Made by a program: the position numbers and the translations under genes | Notes under the pieces: generated by a model | Told to the model about the DNA's origin: nothing | The model's input: the letters and a program-made list of their open reading frames with translations, nothing else | The model's database searches: none | DNA from: Tricharina praecox | Lineage: Eukaryota | Assembly (NCBI RefSeq): GCF_024521635.1 | Contig: NW_026250405.1 | Span: 682,001 to 746,000 of the forward strand | Direction: 5' to 3' | DNA length: 64,000 nucleotides | In this document: positions 25,525-39,542 of the stretch, in pieces | Layout of the letters: each line of letters begins with the position of its first letter | Numbering within the stretch: position 1 is the first letter of the stretch

Positions 25525-26899
25525 TACATTACGTATTGTCCGTCGCAAGCTAGAGCCAGGCGTTCGTGGTTCTCGGGTGATGTTCCGGGCGCCGAATCCA
25601 CAAAATTGGAGGAAAAATATTAAAAATTAAAAGCAATGCGCCGCGTAAGTATATCTCCGAAGGGCTTTCTATGTAGCGTGCTCTATGGTCAGGACGAGGA
25701 GAATCTCAGGACCATCATCGTATACCTAGTACCATACCGTAGTACATACCGGTAACCATGCTTCAACTCTCGTCAAAGAGCACGCGGGACAAAGTAACGA
25801 TGCCTACCTGTACTAGCAGTACGGTATTCTTCCGTGCCAAAGAGCACGCGGGACGGATACTGCCATATCTACTGGTACTCTAGTTACATAGTAACGGTAT
25901 GTACCTCACACTACCTACCGGTACCATATACTAGGTAGTAGTACGGCACCCTCCCGTATCTAAAACCCTCATGATGCATCTTCGGGCCTTCGGCAAATGG
26001 TCGAGAAGGAGAACATTGTCCCGATTGTTGGACTTTCTCCTCCATCTTCTCCTCCTCTTCTTTCTCCTCCTCCTCATCGCCGCCGTCGTAGCGCGGTGCT
26101 CACTCCCACTCCCCTATGTATGCATGTACATACCAGGTATGATATGTAGCATACCTCAACGATTCCTCAACGACTCCCCCCACCCCACTCCAACAAGCTC
26201 AACAGTCAAGAGTCAAGGCTGGCGCGTGGGAGATCTCTACCGGTAATAGCTATCATACTAGCAGTAGATACATGATAGCCGTGCAGCAAAGCTAGGCTGC
26301 GATCACGCAAACGGCCGGAGCGCACGTGCGGGAATGGCTGGTGGAGAACGAGATGGTTCCAGGCGACGACGGAGACCTGAGACACGGCGACGAACACGTT
26401 GGTAGGTAGTCCCTTTGGCGGATATGTAGAGATGTGTGGATGGATGGTAGGTAGGAGATCGATTCGTTGCCTTCGGATGCTTATCTATCGGATCCAGTAC
26501 CGGTGTACTAATCATACGGTAAGGTGCACGTGAGGAGGTATCGTGACTCTACCGCCGCCGCACCTGCGCAGCTGCGCGGCGCAACTAGTAAAGTACCGTA
26601 GACTACCGTACGGTAGTTGCGAACCGTGGAACAGCGGCTGCCCACCCCAAACGTCAGGCCCGTCCGTCGTGTACCTAGTACGAACTTACCTAAGTCCTAG
26701 TAGGTAGTGACGGCTTTGTTTTCATCCGGCTAACTAGCCGATCTCGTCGATTGCATCGTGCATCGAGACCACCACACGTGAAAAGCTCCGATTCCCCACA
26801 AACAAGGAGGCGCGTATGTATGTACGTAGAGTAGAGTTTGGAGTAAAAGGTAAACTCCCTAAAACGATGTGCGGTGTTCCTATGCATACATTCGCCGTG

Positions 26900-26981
26900 C
26901 ATCATCATCAGCATCATCATCAGCATCATCATCAGCATCATCATCAGCATCATCATAATCATCATCAGAGAGAGAGAGAGA
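26900..26981. repeat. (CAT/CAG)n plus (AG)n microsatellite
   Basis: Direct reading of the sequence. Confidence 0.85.
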
Positions 26982-28980
26982 GTCCATCACCGGTGATCAC
27001 AATCTTCATTAGTTCCAGCGAGCGAGCGAGCGGCGATTATCCGTCCTCGGTGGTTCGAGGTGTAAGCACCAGTACTGGTACCTTGGTTATCAAGACAACC
27101 GCCGTTCGAGCAGAATACCAACAGATTGGCGAAGCGGCCTGAGCATCGCATCGCAACGCATCAGGAGTCGTTCCGAAACCCGGGCCTTCCGAAACCAGGT
27201 GATCAGGTAGGTGCTCTGGAGTAGAGTTATCTGTGTCCGGCACATCTTCCATGCTGGAATGGAATGGAAGGGAAGGGAAGGCCTCAACCCAACCCCCAAC
27301 CCCCCACCTGCAACCCCCACCAGCTCTGAAGCTCGTGCGGTTTCAATAGCAAGCCACCGCCATGGCATGGCAGCACATCGCGACGCGACCGCACAAGAGG
27401 AAGCGTCCGACCGACCGACGTCCGCAACAGTTAGAGTCTGGTCTGGTCGCATTCCATGCCAGTACTCTGCGTACGGTACGGTGCTCTAGAGTTGAGGTTT
27501 GTGTGTGTGGCAGGCTTCCGGCTGAATGTGATTTAGGAAGGTCAGGTCGGCGTTGCCCTGTCTGGCCGGGCACCCGGGGGAGGGGGATCGTCTGCGCACA
27601 TACCATACATACGGGCCATAGTCCGTAGCCGGGCTTTGGAGAGTCGAGACTAATGGGAGTGGGACTGAGAGTGGACTTCGCAGTTGCCGCTCCGTACCGT
27701 AGTCGTCTGTGTCTGGAGCAGGGTAGAGTTGAGTGGGGTGGAGGGAGTGGAGTGGATTTGCGTGACCTGGTGCTTGATTGATCAATTGAGTTGAGCCCGC
27801 TGCTGGGCTTCGGATTCGCGATACTACACACACTCTCGATAGGCTCCCCCCGTAAGGCTTCGGGCCGGATCCAAATTGCAGGTGCTTTTTTACCACCCCC
27901 TCCCCTTCTCCCCCCTCCCTCCCCTTCTCCCCCCTCCCACCCCCCAGCGGATCGCAATTTCCAGCCGCAGGGTCCAGCCGCCTGGAGCTCGATTCACCCA
28001 ACCAGCTGGGAGGATGTTATACCCAGTACCGTAGTGGAACAACCAACCAACTTACGGGCGGGCCCCCGAACCCGAACCTGAACCTGAACCTGAACCTACC
28101 GCACAGCAACTCGACACGACTGCAGTCATCCATCCATCCATCCTCCTGGCCGTTCCCCTGTTTTTGATTATTATTTTTTCGCTACTTTGGCCAATTGTGG
28201 AGGGGGCTCAAGCGCAGCGCAGGCTACCTACGTAGCGATCCGGATCCTCCTCCTCCCTTCCCCCCACTCCACTCCACCGGCTCGGAACTCGATTTCAACG
28301 GTAGTTAGATACTCTACCTAGATATCGCCCGCGGAAATTCATCTCCCATCTCCCACTTAGACGAGTGGGTGTCAGCCTCACGGAACGCAGAACGCACGTA
28401 CGCACGCCCACCCGTAGGTAACTGGTTATGTCGAGTAACTACCAGTCGACTCCATGGGCGCCTGGTGCGAGCTCAGTTCAGAATGCAAATAATCGTGCCT
28501 AAAAATACCCGACCCATAGTTAGCCACCGCGTGCGTGCAATTGGGAATTTGGAAGAGAAGATGAACAGGGAAAGAAAGGAAAAAAAGAAAAAAACCAACA
28601 CGTTCGGAGAAGCCGGTGGGAATGATATGATGCCAGTCATACTCTATGTTACAACAAATTGGTGTCGATATGGATATGGCCGATCTCGAAAGGGCCCGCT
28701 TCAGATACGGTACTCTGGTGGGATCCTTTCCGATCAGATTTCTGTTGGTAACTAGCATACGGATGGAGAGATGGATGGTTATGTAGAATACTATTATGTA
28801 TGCCAGTGACGGTGACGGTCTGCATCCCCGTTTAACTGCCTGCCTATGCTTGTGTTTCAGTCTCTGATCGTGATGATGATGGTGATGACAGATCACGTGC
28901 ACCAAACTCGGTAGATACTATGAGAGCTCTCGGGTTCGCAGTTTTCGGTTCCCTGGCGGGGGCCGCGTGATGTCGCCCTG

Positions 28981-29163
28981 GAAGGGAAATGGCGAGTATG
29001 TAGGATGATGGAGAAGTTGAGGTTCTATTCAACTTCGAAGAGCCATCGAACATGGCTCTCCTCCGCTGCCTACAACGTTCGGAACCACCTGATCCGGCTA
29101 GCCCTTCATCCTATCTTATCTGATCCCCTAGATATCTCTCCTCTCATGGTGGTGGCAGACAAC
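28981..29163. repeat. Dispersed ~200-bp element, copy 2 (solo)
   Basis: 61 nt (29022-29082) identical to 43067-43127; two hairpins. Confidence 0.85.
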
Positions 29164-32100
29164 ACCGCGGGGGGACCGAATGTATGTAGAGTAGAGTACA
29201 TACCTCATACATCCCCACCGAATCATCTGTGGCCCGAATACACAGAGTAGTTCTTCGGTTTGCATCTTTACTATTCCAGAGTAGCTCCACGTGGAATCGT
29301 GGATGATACGAAGGCCGCTCCATAACTCCGACATGCTTTGGCGGAAACATATTTTTGCGTGTCCCGACTCCATCTTCGTTAGTTTGCGTATGTAATCCAA
29401 AATCCAGATCAGCCCGCAGTTCGACGGCCACCCTCCTCCGTGCCGTGTCGCCGTTGCAACGAGATTTCTGTCTACCGATATCTAGTCTGAGGGAGAAAAC
29501 GACCGCTCGGGCGCTCGGTTCTCGGCGCTCGTTTTCCCGGTGTCAGCAATCGCCGTCATTGATGAAGACGACGACGCCTTGTCTAGCCTGGCATGGTGGC
29601 TCACTAGAGCACTCTATAGAACGGCGATGTCAGCAACGCGAAGAAGAAAAGAAAGGAAAAAACGTTGAAACACGGAGGAAGATGACGGCGAACGCTGGTG
29701 GGTACATGTGCATGATATGTATGTTACGGAGGGGTTCGTCCTCTGCTTAACTATATAACGATGTGTCAGACGGGTTGGAGGAGTATGTAGACGTGGATTG
29801 TAAGGACGTCGGTGATCATGCTGTCGTTTGACATCCGCGAGAGAGGATATCTGATAGACCAGGATCGGAGATGTAGGATGCGCACTTTGTAAGGGACCGT
29901 ACCTATAGGCTATCGCCTTATTCGCCGGAGAGATCTACGACGGAGTGACCAGTGCCCACCCCGTTATGTAGGAATCAGAAAGAAACATGTCGCCGGCGCG
30001 GGGTTCTAGTGAAGTTTTGCACCGTGGGTTGTATGCAGGATGGGCGGTTGCAACTTGCCGCCTCCGTGGTGAGGATGGAACTCCGTGGGGAAGATAAGCA
30101 CAGCACAGCACAGTACTCTACAGCAGTGACAGCACGGTTGACGTGAAACGGACAGAGCGATGCGCCTGCTCTTCAGCATCCGTCAGGAGTGCATGTACAT
30201 ACAAAGTAGTTACATACATGAGGTGGTCACTTCCACAGCACCAAGCTTTAGAGTATGTACCAAAGCTCCCATCGCCAATGGCCAACGGCCAAAGGCCAAC
30301 CCTGACCCTTGGGCAGCATGGAAAAGGGAGATCTCCCCGCGCCGCCACGTTCCGTCCAGCGATCACACGTGCACTCACGTGCACACGGCTTATGTGCCCG
30401 CCCCACAACCTCACCTCCGCGGCCAGGTGCAATATGCCTCCTCCGCTTTTTCACGCCCGCTATGATGGCCCGATGGGGCTTCCGCTCCTTGGAGCGGGCC
30501 GGGCCCGGGGATGGCCTTTCCCGTGTGTTTATATCAGGGCGGCAGTAGTGTTGTTGTTGTTGTTGGCTGGTATGTACGGTACTTTACTCTACTACCCTTG
30601 AGGTCAGTGAGGCCAGTGAGGAGGAGGTGGAGGAGGAAGAGGCTCACACACGCGGAGTAAGACACTGAAGGGGGAAGTTGAGAGACTCATTGCTCGTAAT
30701 GGTAGGGATAGTAGATACTCTATAGCTACTATACTCTCCTCTCTCTCAAAGGTGAGCCATGTCCGTGTGCAATCGTTGTTGGGGTTACATAAGTGTTTGT
30801 TACTAGTAGTTAGATCCCCCGTTCCCCGGCATGATGGAACAGACCGACCCGGCATCTGCCTCAGCAGTTGAGATGGCCAACCAGGGTTTTTGGTACTATG
30901 TGCTCTACTATATATACGGTAGATACAGGTTGGTTATCCAATTCCAACTACTCGAGTTGGTCCGTGGTTCGTAGAGTGAGTACAAGGTAGGTACGGTAGA
31001 TAGTCCCCGGACGGGAAAGTGAACCCCTTGTTTGTTCGTACTGACCGTTCCACACCATCACCATCACCACCTTTACCTGTTTGGTGGCCGCCGTGTTCGC
31101 TGCATCCAGAGTACTTACCGATACTTATGTATGCAGGTATTTTCTACTATGACTAATAGTAAGGTAGTAAGGTAGGTGCATATTGGTTACGTTCGCCATC
31201 CTTTGCAGCTCTGCTATGCTGGAGTAAACGATCTTCCGTCTCGCCGACTCTCGCCTCGAAACTTGCAAGCGTTTCTCCGGGACGCGCCCTGGGACGGGGT
31301 TGGTCCCGGTCCCGGTCCGGGGGCTGGGGTGTTTCTTGCGGCCGTTGCCTAAACTACCAGTACCAGTATCTACCGTGTGAATGTAGGTACTTGCACAATA
31401 CATAGCAGTCCTCGGCGATTCGGCGGACAGTTGACAGGAGCCAAGACCACGACGACAAGGACGACGACGACAAGCTGAAGGAAGAAGGAAGCTGGAAGCT
31501 GGAGGCTAGAAATACCCCACGTCCAAGGTTTCTTGCTGATTTCGGCGACGCAAAAAAAACCGACGAAAATAAATATCCGACAGATAGTTGCTGGCTTCGC
31601 GGCGGGGGATACGGTTATCGATACGGAGCTGATAACCACCGCTTATTTACTTAGTAAGTGCTTACTTGTGTATGTACAATGTTTGTATGTAGATGCTCTG
31701 CGTCGGTCGTCGGTCGTCGGTCGTCGGGTCGGTACTCGGTACTCGATGCATCGAGCTTTTGGTGCAGTCGCAGGTGCGGGCGTGTGCGTGTGCGTGTGCG
31801 CAGTTTTTCCCCGTCCCCCTGGATCCCCCGGCTCTGCTGCGCAGTCAGTGCGTACCCAAGTTCCAGCGTGAACTTTTGCTGCCATGTACAATACCGTATC
31901 TATGTACCGTATGTACCGTACCGTATCTCACGATCAGTTGCTTGCGCTCCTCCGACCCAACATGTCGGGATGCTCCAGTCCAGTGTCCAGTGCTCCACCC
32001 GTACGCAGCGGCGGCGGCGGCGCGGCCGGGTATCGTGGTTCACATCAGCCGTTCAGGGAGATCAGTAGCGAATATACCGTAGTATGGTAGGTATGGTAGA

Positions 32101-35100
32101 TACCGGTACCTAGAGTGCCCTCGCTTAGGAGGTATGCTGCTTTGGTGCTTGCTTGGGTTCCTGGTTGGGAGTTGTCAATATTATTGTGTGTTATTACTGT
32201 ATTATTACCGTATTATCGTTGTTGTTGTTGTTGGCGCCGGCGGCTAATAATTGAATGTTGGGTACGGCGTCCACGCAAAAACACCCAGTTCCAGTGCCAG
32301 TTATTGCCAGACTCTAGTTGTTATTGCTATTGCTATTGTCAACTACATTTTACTACTACTATACCGTTGCACGACTCACGAGTAGATAGCAGTTTTGTTT
32401 TCGCGGAATCCCCGACCCAAACTCCAATTCCAACTCCGATATTGAATAGGAGACCAACTGGCAACCAGAATAGCATGTTCCGATGCCCTGGCTGCCTGCA
32501 CATCATGCCGAACGATCTCCCTGGGAGTACAGGTACGGGTACGGGTGCGGGAGAAGGGGAGAACACGCATACACTCGATGGCGGTTCTCAATGGAGGAAG
32601 TCCGGGCCCATGGTTGAGGCGGAAGCTGTGCTACTATACTACTAGGTATAGATACAGTAGAGTATAGGTACTCTACATATCATATATACGGCTTCAAGCT
32701 GTGGCCCGTAAGATCCCTCATTGTTCAAGAGTCAAGGCGGAAAGTTTCGACTTTCAAAACTACTTACATACGAGTCGGTAGATACATATGATGCGGGCGG
32801 GAGTGTCCCCCATCCCCCGCTCCAAGCCAAGGCGATGGTTCCGGGATCTGGCAGACACGGACACGGACAACCTAAACCATCACCGTCTCCTAGCTGGTTG
32901 GTTGGGCCTCGAAAGGAAGGAGCAAAAAAGGAGGAGATGAATCATGGTCCTCGTGCTCGGTAGAGTTGGTAGAGTAGAGTACGGTACGGTATACGCCTCG
33001 TCCAGCGCCTCGTCGTCGTTGATGCCCCCGTCCCCCCGTGGGGACAAAAAGTAGAGTATCATCTCTGTATCGTTTCGAGAGGAGTGGCAATTGCAATGCA
33101 TCCCCTCGTGCCGGCATTTCGGTGATCCCCTAAAGGTTTTTCCACCTGGCACCATCAGACATCAGCGAGATGCATTGCTTTACTTTCGGTGAAGGATTAA
33201 TTAACTATCGGATCTTTTTTTTCACGTAGGTACTAGTTAGCTTGATGATTCGGCGACCTCCTGTCCGTGATTACTGATTGGATTGGATTGGACAGGATTG
33301 GATCTGTGTCGAAGAAAAAACCCACGGACACGGGGAACAGAGGCGAAATCTGTCCCACACGAGCACGAGGCACGGTAAATATCTGAGGACCGTGCGTCTC
33401 ATGGGGGATGGGAGGGATAAGGGGGAAGGGGGGGAGGGGGGGTTGTTCTAATTTATTCCTCCCGAGATCGAGGATCCTCCACTCGCTCCACTCGCTCGCG
33501 AGCAAGCAAGCAAGCTCTAGCACGCACTGTAGCTCACTCGCAGGGGAAAAATTATTAGGTATCATACATACTGTGGCCTGCCTTACATACATAGCGACTA
33601 CGGTACTACTTCACTCTAGTATCTAGTACCGTGGTATCTACATGGCCCACCCAGGTGTGCAGCTGCTGGACCGTCCACTGGTGTTGGCTGGGAACCCTGT
33701 CGAACTACTAGTATCTAGAGTATCCAACTACTGAAATCGTCTTTTGAGAGCCCTGATTGAACACCGTGACAGATCGAAATCGGAGTAATTCAAGTTTTTC
33801 GGGAGCGGAGCGGAGGGGAAAGAAAGGAAGAAGCCTAGTTACCTGGATACATTTGCGTGTGTAGATATAGTAGAAAGTAGAGTACTCTATTCTAAGGTAG
33901 GTACGCACGCACTTAGCAGCCTCATGGCTAACCACCTACTCTACTCTGGAATAAGTGTAATTATTTGGTCGTGTTTAGTCCTGTTTAGTGCTGTGTATGA
34001 TGACGATGATGATGTGCTGCCTTCGGCAGTTGATGGGCTTCCCGACCAGCCAGTAGCCAGCAGTTTCCGACAGCGCGAACAGGAAACGGTCTGTAACCCG
34101 ATTCGAATGGACCAATGTTAAAAAAGCAACCAAGGGGCGGAGTGAGCCAACGCCACCGTCTGGCTGCCATATCAAGACCGACGGCGTGCGTATTTTGCGC
34201 AAGTGCAAAAAGGGAGAAATAAGAAAGAAAGAACGAAAGAAAGACAGAAAGAAAAGGAAAAAAGAGAGTCAGCCGATGAGAAAGTTGTGGCCCGAGCGAG
34301 AGGGAAAAAAAGAAAGAAAAGAAACAAAGGCTGAGAAATCGTAACTAATCTTGCGGGGTGGGCATCCTCCGGGCCTAGCGGACGATAGAGATGTCTTTGC
34401 CCGTGAGATCATCATGAGTTACGGAGACTATCGAAGAACTAAGACCCTTCATCCGTGCTGAACAGTCTAATCGATGATGCTCGAAAAGGAGCCCGTCCGA
34501 GATGGCGGTCGAGTATGTACCTGCTTTAGGAGGCTACGGCCAGATGTCCCGGGTGGGAGTGTATCTCGCAGCCAGCAGTGAGCACGCACCGGTAGATACA
34601 TGGTTGGCAGGTACTCCTGATTCCTTGGTATCCGGACGTGCTTCGTGCAATTGGAAGCCCGACGACGGCGACGGCGGCTCTCTGCCCTGTCTCCTGTAGT
34701 TTGCTTGACAGAAGTTGGCCCAAGTAAGTAGGTAGGTACTCTGATAGTCGATTGTAACATTGCATTACATGTCGATCTGGCAGAAGGGCGAGAGCCGTCA
34801 GCCAGCCATCCATCCGCACCAACGCCCAGCGGGGAGAATGCTGAACAGGGCGCGGGACCGTGTAGAGCATACTCTAGGTACTACTCTATAGTAGTAGATC
34901 ACAGGAACTTATCTTTGGAAGCCTCACTTTCACTTTCCCTCTCACCCTCATTTTGGCTATTTCGAGTACATAGATGCTCTCGAATGGCGGTGATCGTTAC
35001 ACGGTGCCCCGTCCGTTGGGTTCGCTAGTTGGTGGTTCGTCGTTACTCAAGAACCAACTGTTCAGGCAATGCCAAATCGATTGACATCCATATCCATGGA

Positions 35101-36489
35101 CGAACCTGCCATCATGCTCGCCCTCGCTGCCAATAAGTCCGTGTCTCCCTTCCGTCGAGATTGGACACGATTGACAAGAACGAGCTTAGCAACAACATGC
35201 CGGGCATGCCCTGCCCTGCCCTGTCCATCCTGTCCTGGCCCTCGTTGCCCCGTCTGTCCGTCCGTCCGTCCTCCTGTCCGATCCAGGCCTGACCTGGCCT
35301 GCTTCTGATCCGCCGCCGAGTGCCTCCCGGCAAGTCGAGTCTCGCGAGTCAGGGCCCTCTCGCCTCGCCGCGTGTGTTTCTCCGCTGCCTGTGCTGTGTT
35401 GTGCTGTGCGATGCTATGCGGTGACATACAATCAATAATCACAATCATGTCGCCCGTAAATGCGTTTCTCCCGGGATGGGGGAGGGGGGTGAGGGAGGGG
35501 GGAGGGGACAGGGGATGGTGATGGTGGTGATGATGCGCGGGTTGTATCGAGTACTTGCGACCTTAGTGTTGTCTCTCGCCCGTCGCCTGCCACAAAACTC
35601 GGCCTGATATTATTGCATCCCGCACAACGGCGGCCCCTGTCGCACATCCCACCCAGCTAACTCTTTATTTGCTTCCCAGGAATCTGGCACCAACTTTTCC
35701 CACAGACAGACACCCACATTGTTTTTTCTCGTTTGTAGGGTGCCAAAACAGACAGCGCGGGTACCGCCTAAGCACCCCCATTCCCTTCTCCGCATATAAT
35801 AAGCCTGGACGCCCTGGCGGAAGTTTCGCCAGCCACACGAGAGCTCCCCCCCGACCCCGACCCATCGGATCTCCCACTCCATCAAAAAATAACCAACCCA
35901 CCTCCACCCACACACCCCCCTCCCCACCCCAAGTGCATACTCACATCCTCTTGGTCCCGAACAAATATCCGGCCTCTTCCACATCAAACATCTTGTCTGA
36001 AGAGTATTTACTTTGCTCCTCATCCTCATCATCCTACCTCCTCCCCTTCCTATTCCATCTCGAGACCGCAATAAATATATACACTTCCCGCACCACCACC
36101 ACCCCACCTGACGCCCCACACACACACCTCGCCCTCCGATCCCACCTCGACCGTTCTGTGTAGTCACGTAGCCAGCGCCATCAATCTCGGAGCTTTGGTC
36201 GACTTAAGCTTGCGCACCGAACCCTAGATTCCCTTCAGTTTACCGCACCCCACGATTAGCATCTCAACCAGCAAGTGCCAGCACGCGCCACGCTAGCCCG
36301 GCCCCACTACCACCAGCAGCAACCACATCATAAGTCCGCCCAGGTCCCGTTCCTGTGACATTTGTTTTGGACTCGAAGTACCCCACCGGAAAAACCATCA
36401 CCACATAATCCCAAAGCTGTTTTCTCTCGGATCAATATCTGTTTACACAGGATACTGGGACCCATAACGACTTTTCGATAGTTATCTCG

Positions 36490-36558
36490 GTGAGTTGTTT
36501 TCCCCTTGAATTTTTGCTCCGTAAGCACAGTCCTCAGGCTAACGAAGTCGGCCCTTAG
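36490..36558 (+). other. Probable 5'UTR intron of the Myb gene
   Basis: GTGAGT donor, GCTAAC branch at 36538 and TAG acceptor 50 nt upstream of the ATG. Confidence 0.65.
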
Positions 36559-36607
36559 AAAAAACATCAACATCATCACCTACCCAAAGACACACACACA
36601 CATCAAA

Positions 36608-37480
36608 ATGCAGGGACACCGACGAGGCCCTTGGTCCGCAAATGAGGACACCATGCTTGTTTCATTGGTCAAGACACATGGAGCTCACAACTGGGTTCGG
36701 ATTTCGGCTCTGATCGGCTCGAGGACTCCTAAGCAGTGTCGGGAACGCTTTCACCAGAACCTGAAGCCAACACTCAACCACGACCCCATCACACCGGAGG
36801 AGGGGCAGATGATCGAGCGTCTGGTAGCGGAGATGGGAAAGCGGTGGGCGGAAATCGCCCGGCGGCTCAACGGAAGGAGCGATAATGCCGTCAAGAACTG
36901 GTGGAACGGTGGGATGAACCGACGACGACGGATGATCGGCCGTCAGAGGGGTAGCCAGAGCCACAGCCATCGTTCCAGCAACAGCAACAACCACCACGAT
37001 ATGTCGCCATCTCCCATGTCTTCGCCATCGCTTCTGCCTCAACAGAGTGGACTCCACATTTTCATCCACGGCAACACAGACGAACCGATGGTCTCGCCCA
37101 CCTACTCCCAGTACTCCGAGTACTCGCGGGGCCAGACTCCTTCCCTCATCTCCGACACGGCCTCCTCGCTTTCCACCTCCTCCCCAAGGGTCCCGGCTTC
37201 GCCGACATACGAGAACACTCTCCCTCCTCTTCTGGGCCACCACGACAACCAGTTGAGGCGTCAGTCGATGCCGGCGATGTATACTTCTCCCGAAATCTAC
37301 GACTCGCCGCGGTACACGCACCAACACGGCTCGTTCCAGGAGAGAGCGGAGATGAAGCTCTCGCACATTTCGGACCACCTCGGATCGAAGCCCATGCAGC
37401 GAGCGGTCTCCTATTCCGAGGCCCAACTGCAGGAGCAAAACGACGGCAACAAGATGAGCCTCGGATTCCTCCTGGGCTGA
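36608..37480 (+). CDS. flbD: Two-repeat Myb transcription factor, FlbD/RCA-1-like, 290 aa
   Basis: HRRGPWS..ED..L..LV..HGAHNWVRIS..IGSRTPKQCRERFHQNLKP.LNHDPI.PEEG..IERLV.EMGKRWAEIARRL.GRSDNAVKNWWNG.MNRRRR, a low-complexity tail and a terminal KMSLGFLL motif, all typical of fungal FlbD. Confidence 0.88.
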   Translation: MQGHRRGPWSANEDTMLVSLVKTHGAHNWVRISALIGSRTPKQCRERFHQNLKPTLNHDPITPEEGQMIERLVAEMGKRWAEIARRLNGRSDNAVKNWWNGGMNRRRRMIGRQRGSQSHSHRSSNSNNHHDMSPSPMSSPSLLPQQSGLHIFIHGNTDEPMVSPTYSQYSEYSRGQTPSLISDTASSLSTSSPRVPASPTYENTLPPLLGHHDNQLRRQSMPAMYTSPEIYDSPRYTHQHGSFQERAEMKLSHISDHLGSKPMQRAVSYSEAQLQEQNDGNKMSLGFLLG

Positions 37481-39474
37481 GATGTTTCATCCATCCACTC
37501 CCTCCCACGCACCTCTTGCATCATCATTCTTGAAAATACTTCATTTCCTTGACGTCAAAAACTTATATACATACTACTTCGAGGCTTTTTTCTGGTCCCT
37601 CATCTTGGGAATATTTCTTTTGTCACTAGGGTATTCATTCTGGGGGTTTCCATCTTTGGGTTTTCTTTTTCTTTTTCTTTTCAAATCTACAATCCTGTAT
37701 AGCTGCGTCGGATGGGGTGGGGAGGGGGGTAGCTTTTCGGGATACTTCACGGTATGATTTTCTATTGTTTTGGTCAAGGGGTGGGGATGGGCGTGGGGAG
37801 TGGGTTTTTATTATTATTCGGGTCGGATTTTTATGTGGAGAGGAGCATGTTTTGGCTACTGCCGTTTTCTTGTACCATTATTTTATTTTATTTAGCGGAA
37901 ATGGGGGACTTGGGTGTATTTCTCGTGGTTTTCTTTTAAAAATGGAGGCGTTCTGCGTACTTTTTTTCTTTTCTTTTTTTTCTTTCCTGTTGCTTCAAAA
38001 TATTCTTTTTATTTGTTTTATGTGGGGATACTTAGGATAGGTTTTTATTGTATTGGGTTCTATCATCATCATTTTCATCATCAACGACGGGCGGGGGAAG
38101 TGGATGACGAAGCGGATGGGGAAGGGAATGGGCAATATCAGTTCTTTTGTTGCTTCCTTTTCTTTTTTTTCCTTTTTTTTTTTGGTATGTGTGTATGTGT
38201 GTGTGTGTTTTTGCTACGCTCTGCGATTCTGCGAATATCCATGATGCTTTCGAATAATAACCTGGGGGAGGAGGCGGCGGTGGTGGTGGTGGGGGGAGGT
38301 ATGCGTATACGTCGTATTCGCCTGAGGGGGGGACAAATATCAACAGAAGGAGGATTTTCGGGGACTATACACAGTCTACACTACCTACACTACACTACAC
38401 TTGACTTTCAACGACTTCTCTTTTGGATTATACATGGTGACTTTTCCAACTGCCCCCCCCCCCATACCCTTACCCATACCCATACCATATCCTTGTCGGA
38501 ACGAGCGGGGAGATGGGTATGAGGGGGATGGGGGGATGTCCTATTGCTTCTCCCAGTTAAGCCCGGCAGTTATTCGAGAGAGCTCAGTAGGGAAAATAGA
38601 TTGTCTATCCACCACCACTACCACCACCACTACCACCACCGTCCACCACCACTGCAACTGCAACTGCAACTGCTGCATCATTTTCCCCACTACCACCACC
38701 ACCATTACTACTGCTACTGCTACTACCACTACTACCACCACTGCTACTATAGTACTACTAACTCGCCCTGTGACCTCGCTCAATCAACCAATGAGATGGC
38801 GGATGGATGGCCGATATTTAGAGGATGGATCCAGGGACGGTCCAACGTTTCCCATGCGGCATGCGGATTGACGTGATGATCTTGAACTACCTATCCATCC
38901 ATCGAAGTATGTATCATACGTAGTCTACCTACGGTATAATATGTAGATACATTTGTTAGCTGCTGGTGCTGGTGTTGGTGCTGTTGCTGGGGAAACATCT
39001 CCCGCTGTGAGCTGGAGGAGAGTAGAGTAGAGTAGACCAGACCGCAGACCTTCACCACGGGTCCGCAGAAGACCGTAGCTTATCCGCCATCTTGATGTAT
39101 GTACACCCTGTTGCATCGAGTCGACGGCCGGCCATCGCCGGCCTTGCAGATAGTTAGCACCGGTACCGGTACCGTATCCCACCGTCCACGGCAGCCCTGT
39201 GGGCGCGTGCGCGCGCAGTAGCAGCAGCAGCAGCAGAAGCAGTAGGAAGGCCACGATACATATCTCATATCTCATATCTCCTGCGGTGTGTGTCGGCTCG
39301 CCGTTGTGACATACGGTACATACCTCATATCACACCTACATACATAACTTCTACACATGTGGTTACCTGTAGCTACTGATCCAGATACCTACCGGTAGCT
39401 ACATACATAGAAAAAAGCCCTCTGCGCCCCCGACCCCCTCACAAGCAGCAGCAAGCAAGCCCTCACGCCCTCAC

Positions 39475-39497
39475 GCCGCCGCCGCCGCCGCCGCCGC

Positions 39498-39541
<44 letters not shown>
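39475..39541. repeat. (GCC)n(GCT)n compound trinucleotide repeat
   Basis: Direct reading of the sequence. Confidence 0.9.

Positions 39542-39542
<1 letters not shown>

Noticed and set aside
25774..25854. 17-bp direct repeat CAAAGAGCACGCGGGAC x2
   Set aside because: Only two copies 47 nt apart; most simply a small local duplication.
36662..37438. 258-aa antisense ORF over flbD (similarly 465-1052, 10138-10731, 60821-61375)
   Set aside because: These are shadow ORFs caused by codon bias of the real gene on the opposite strand.
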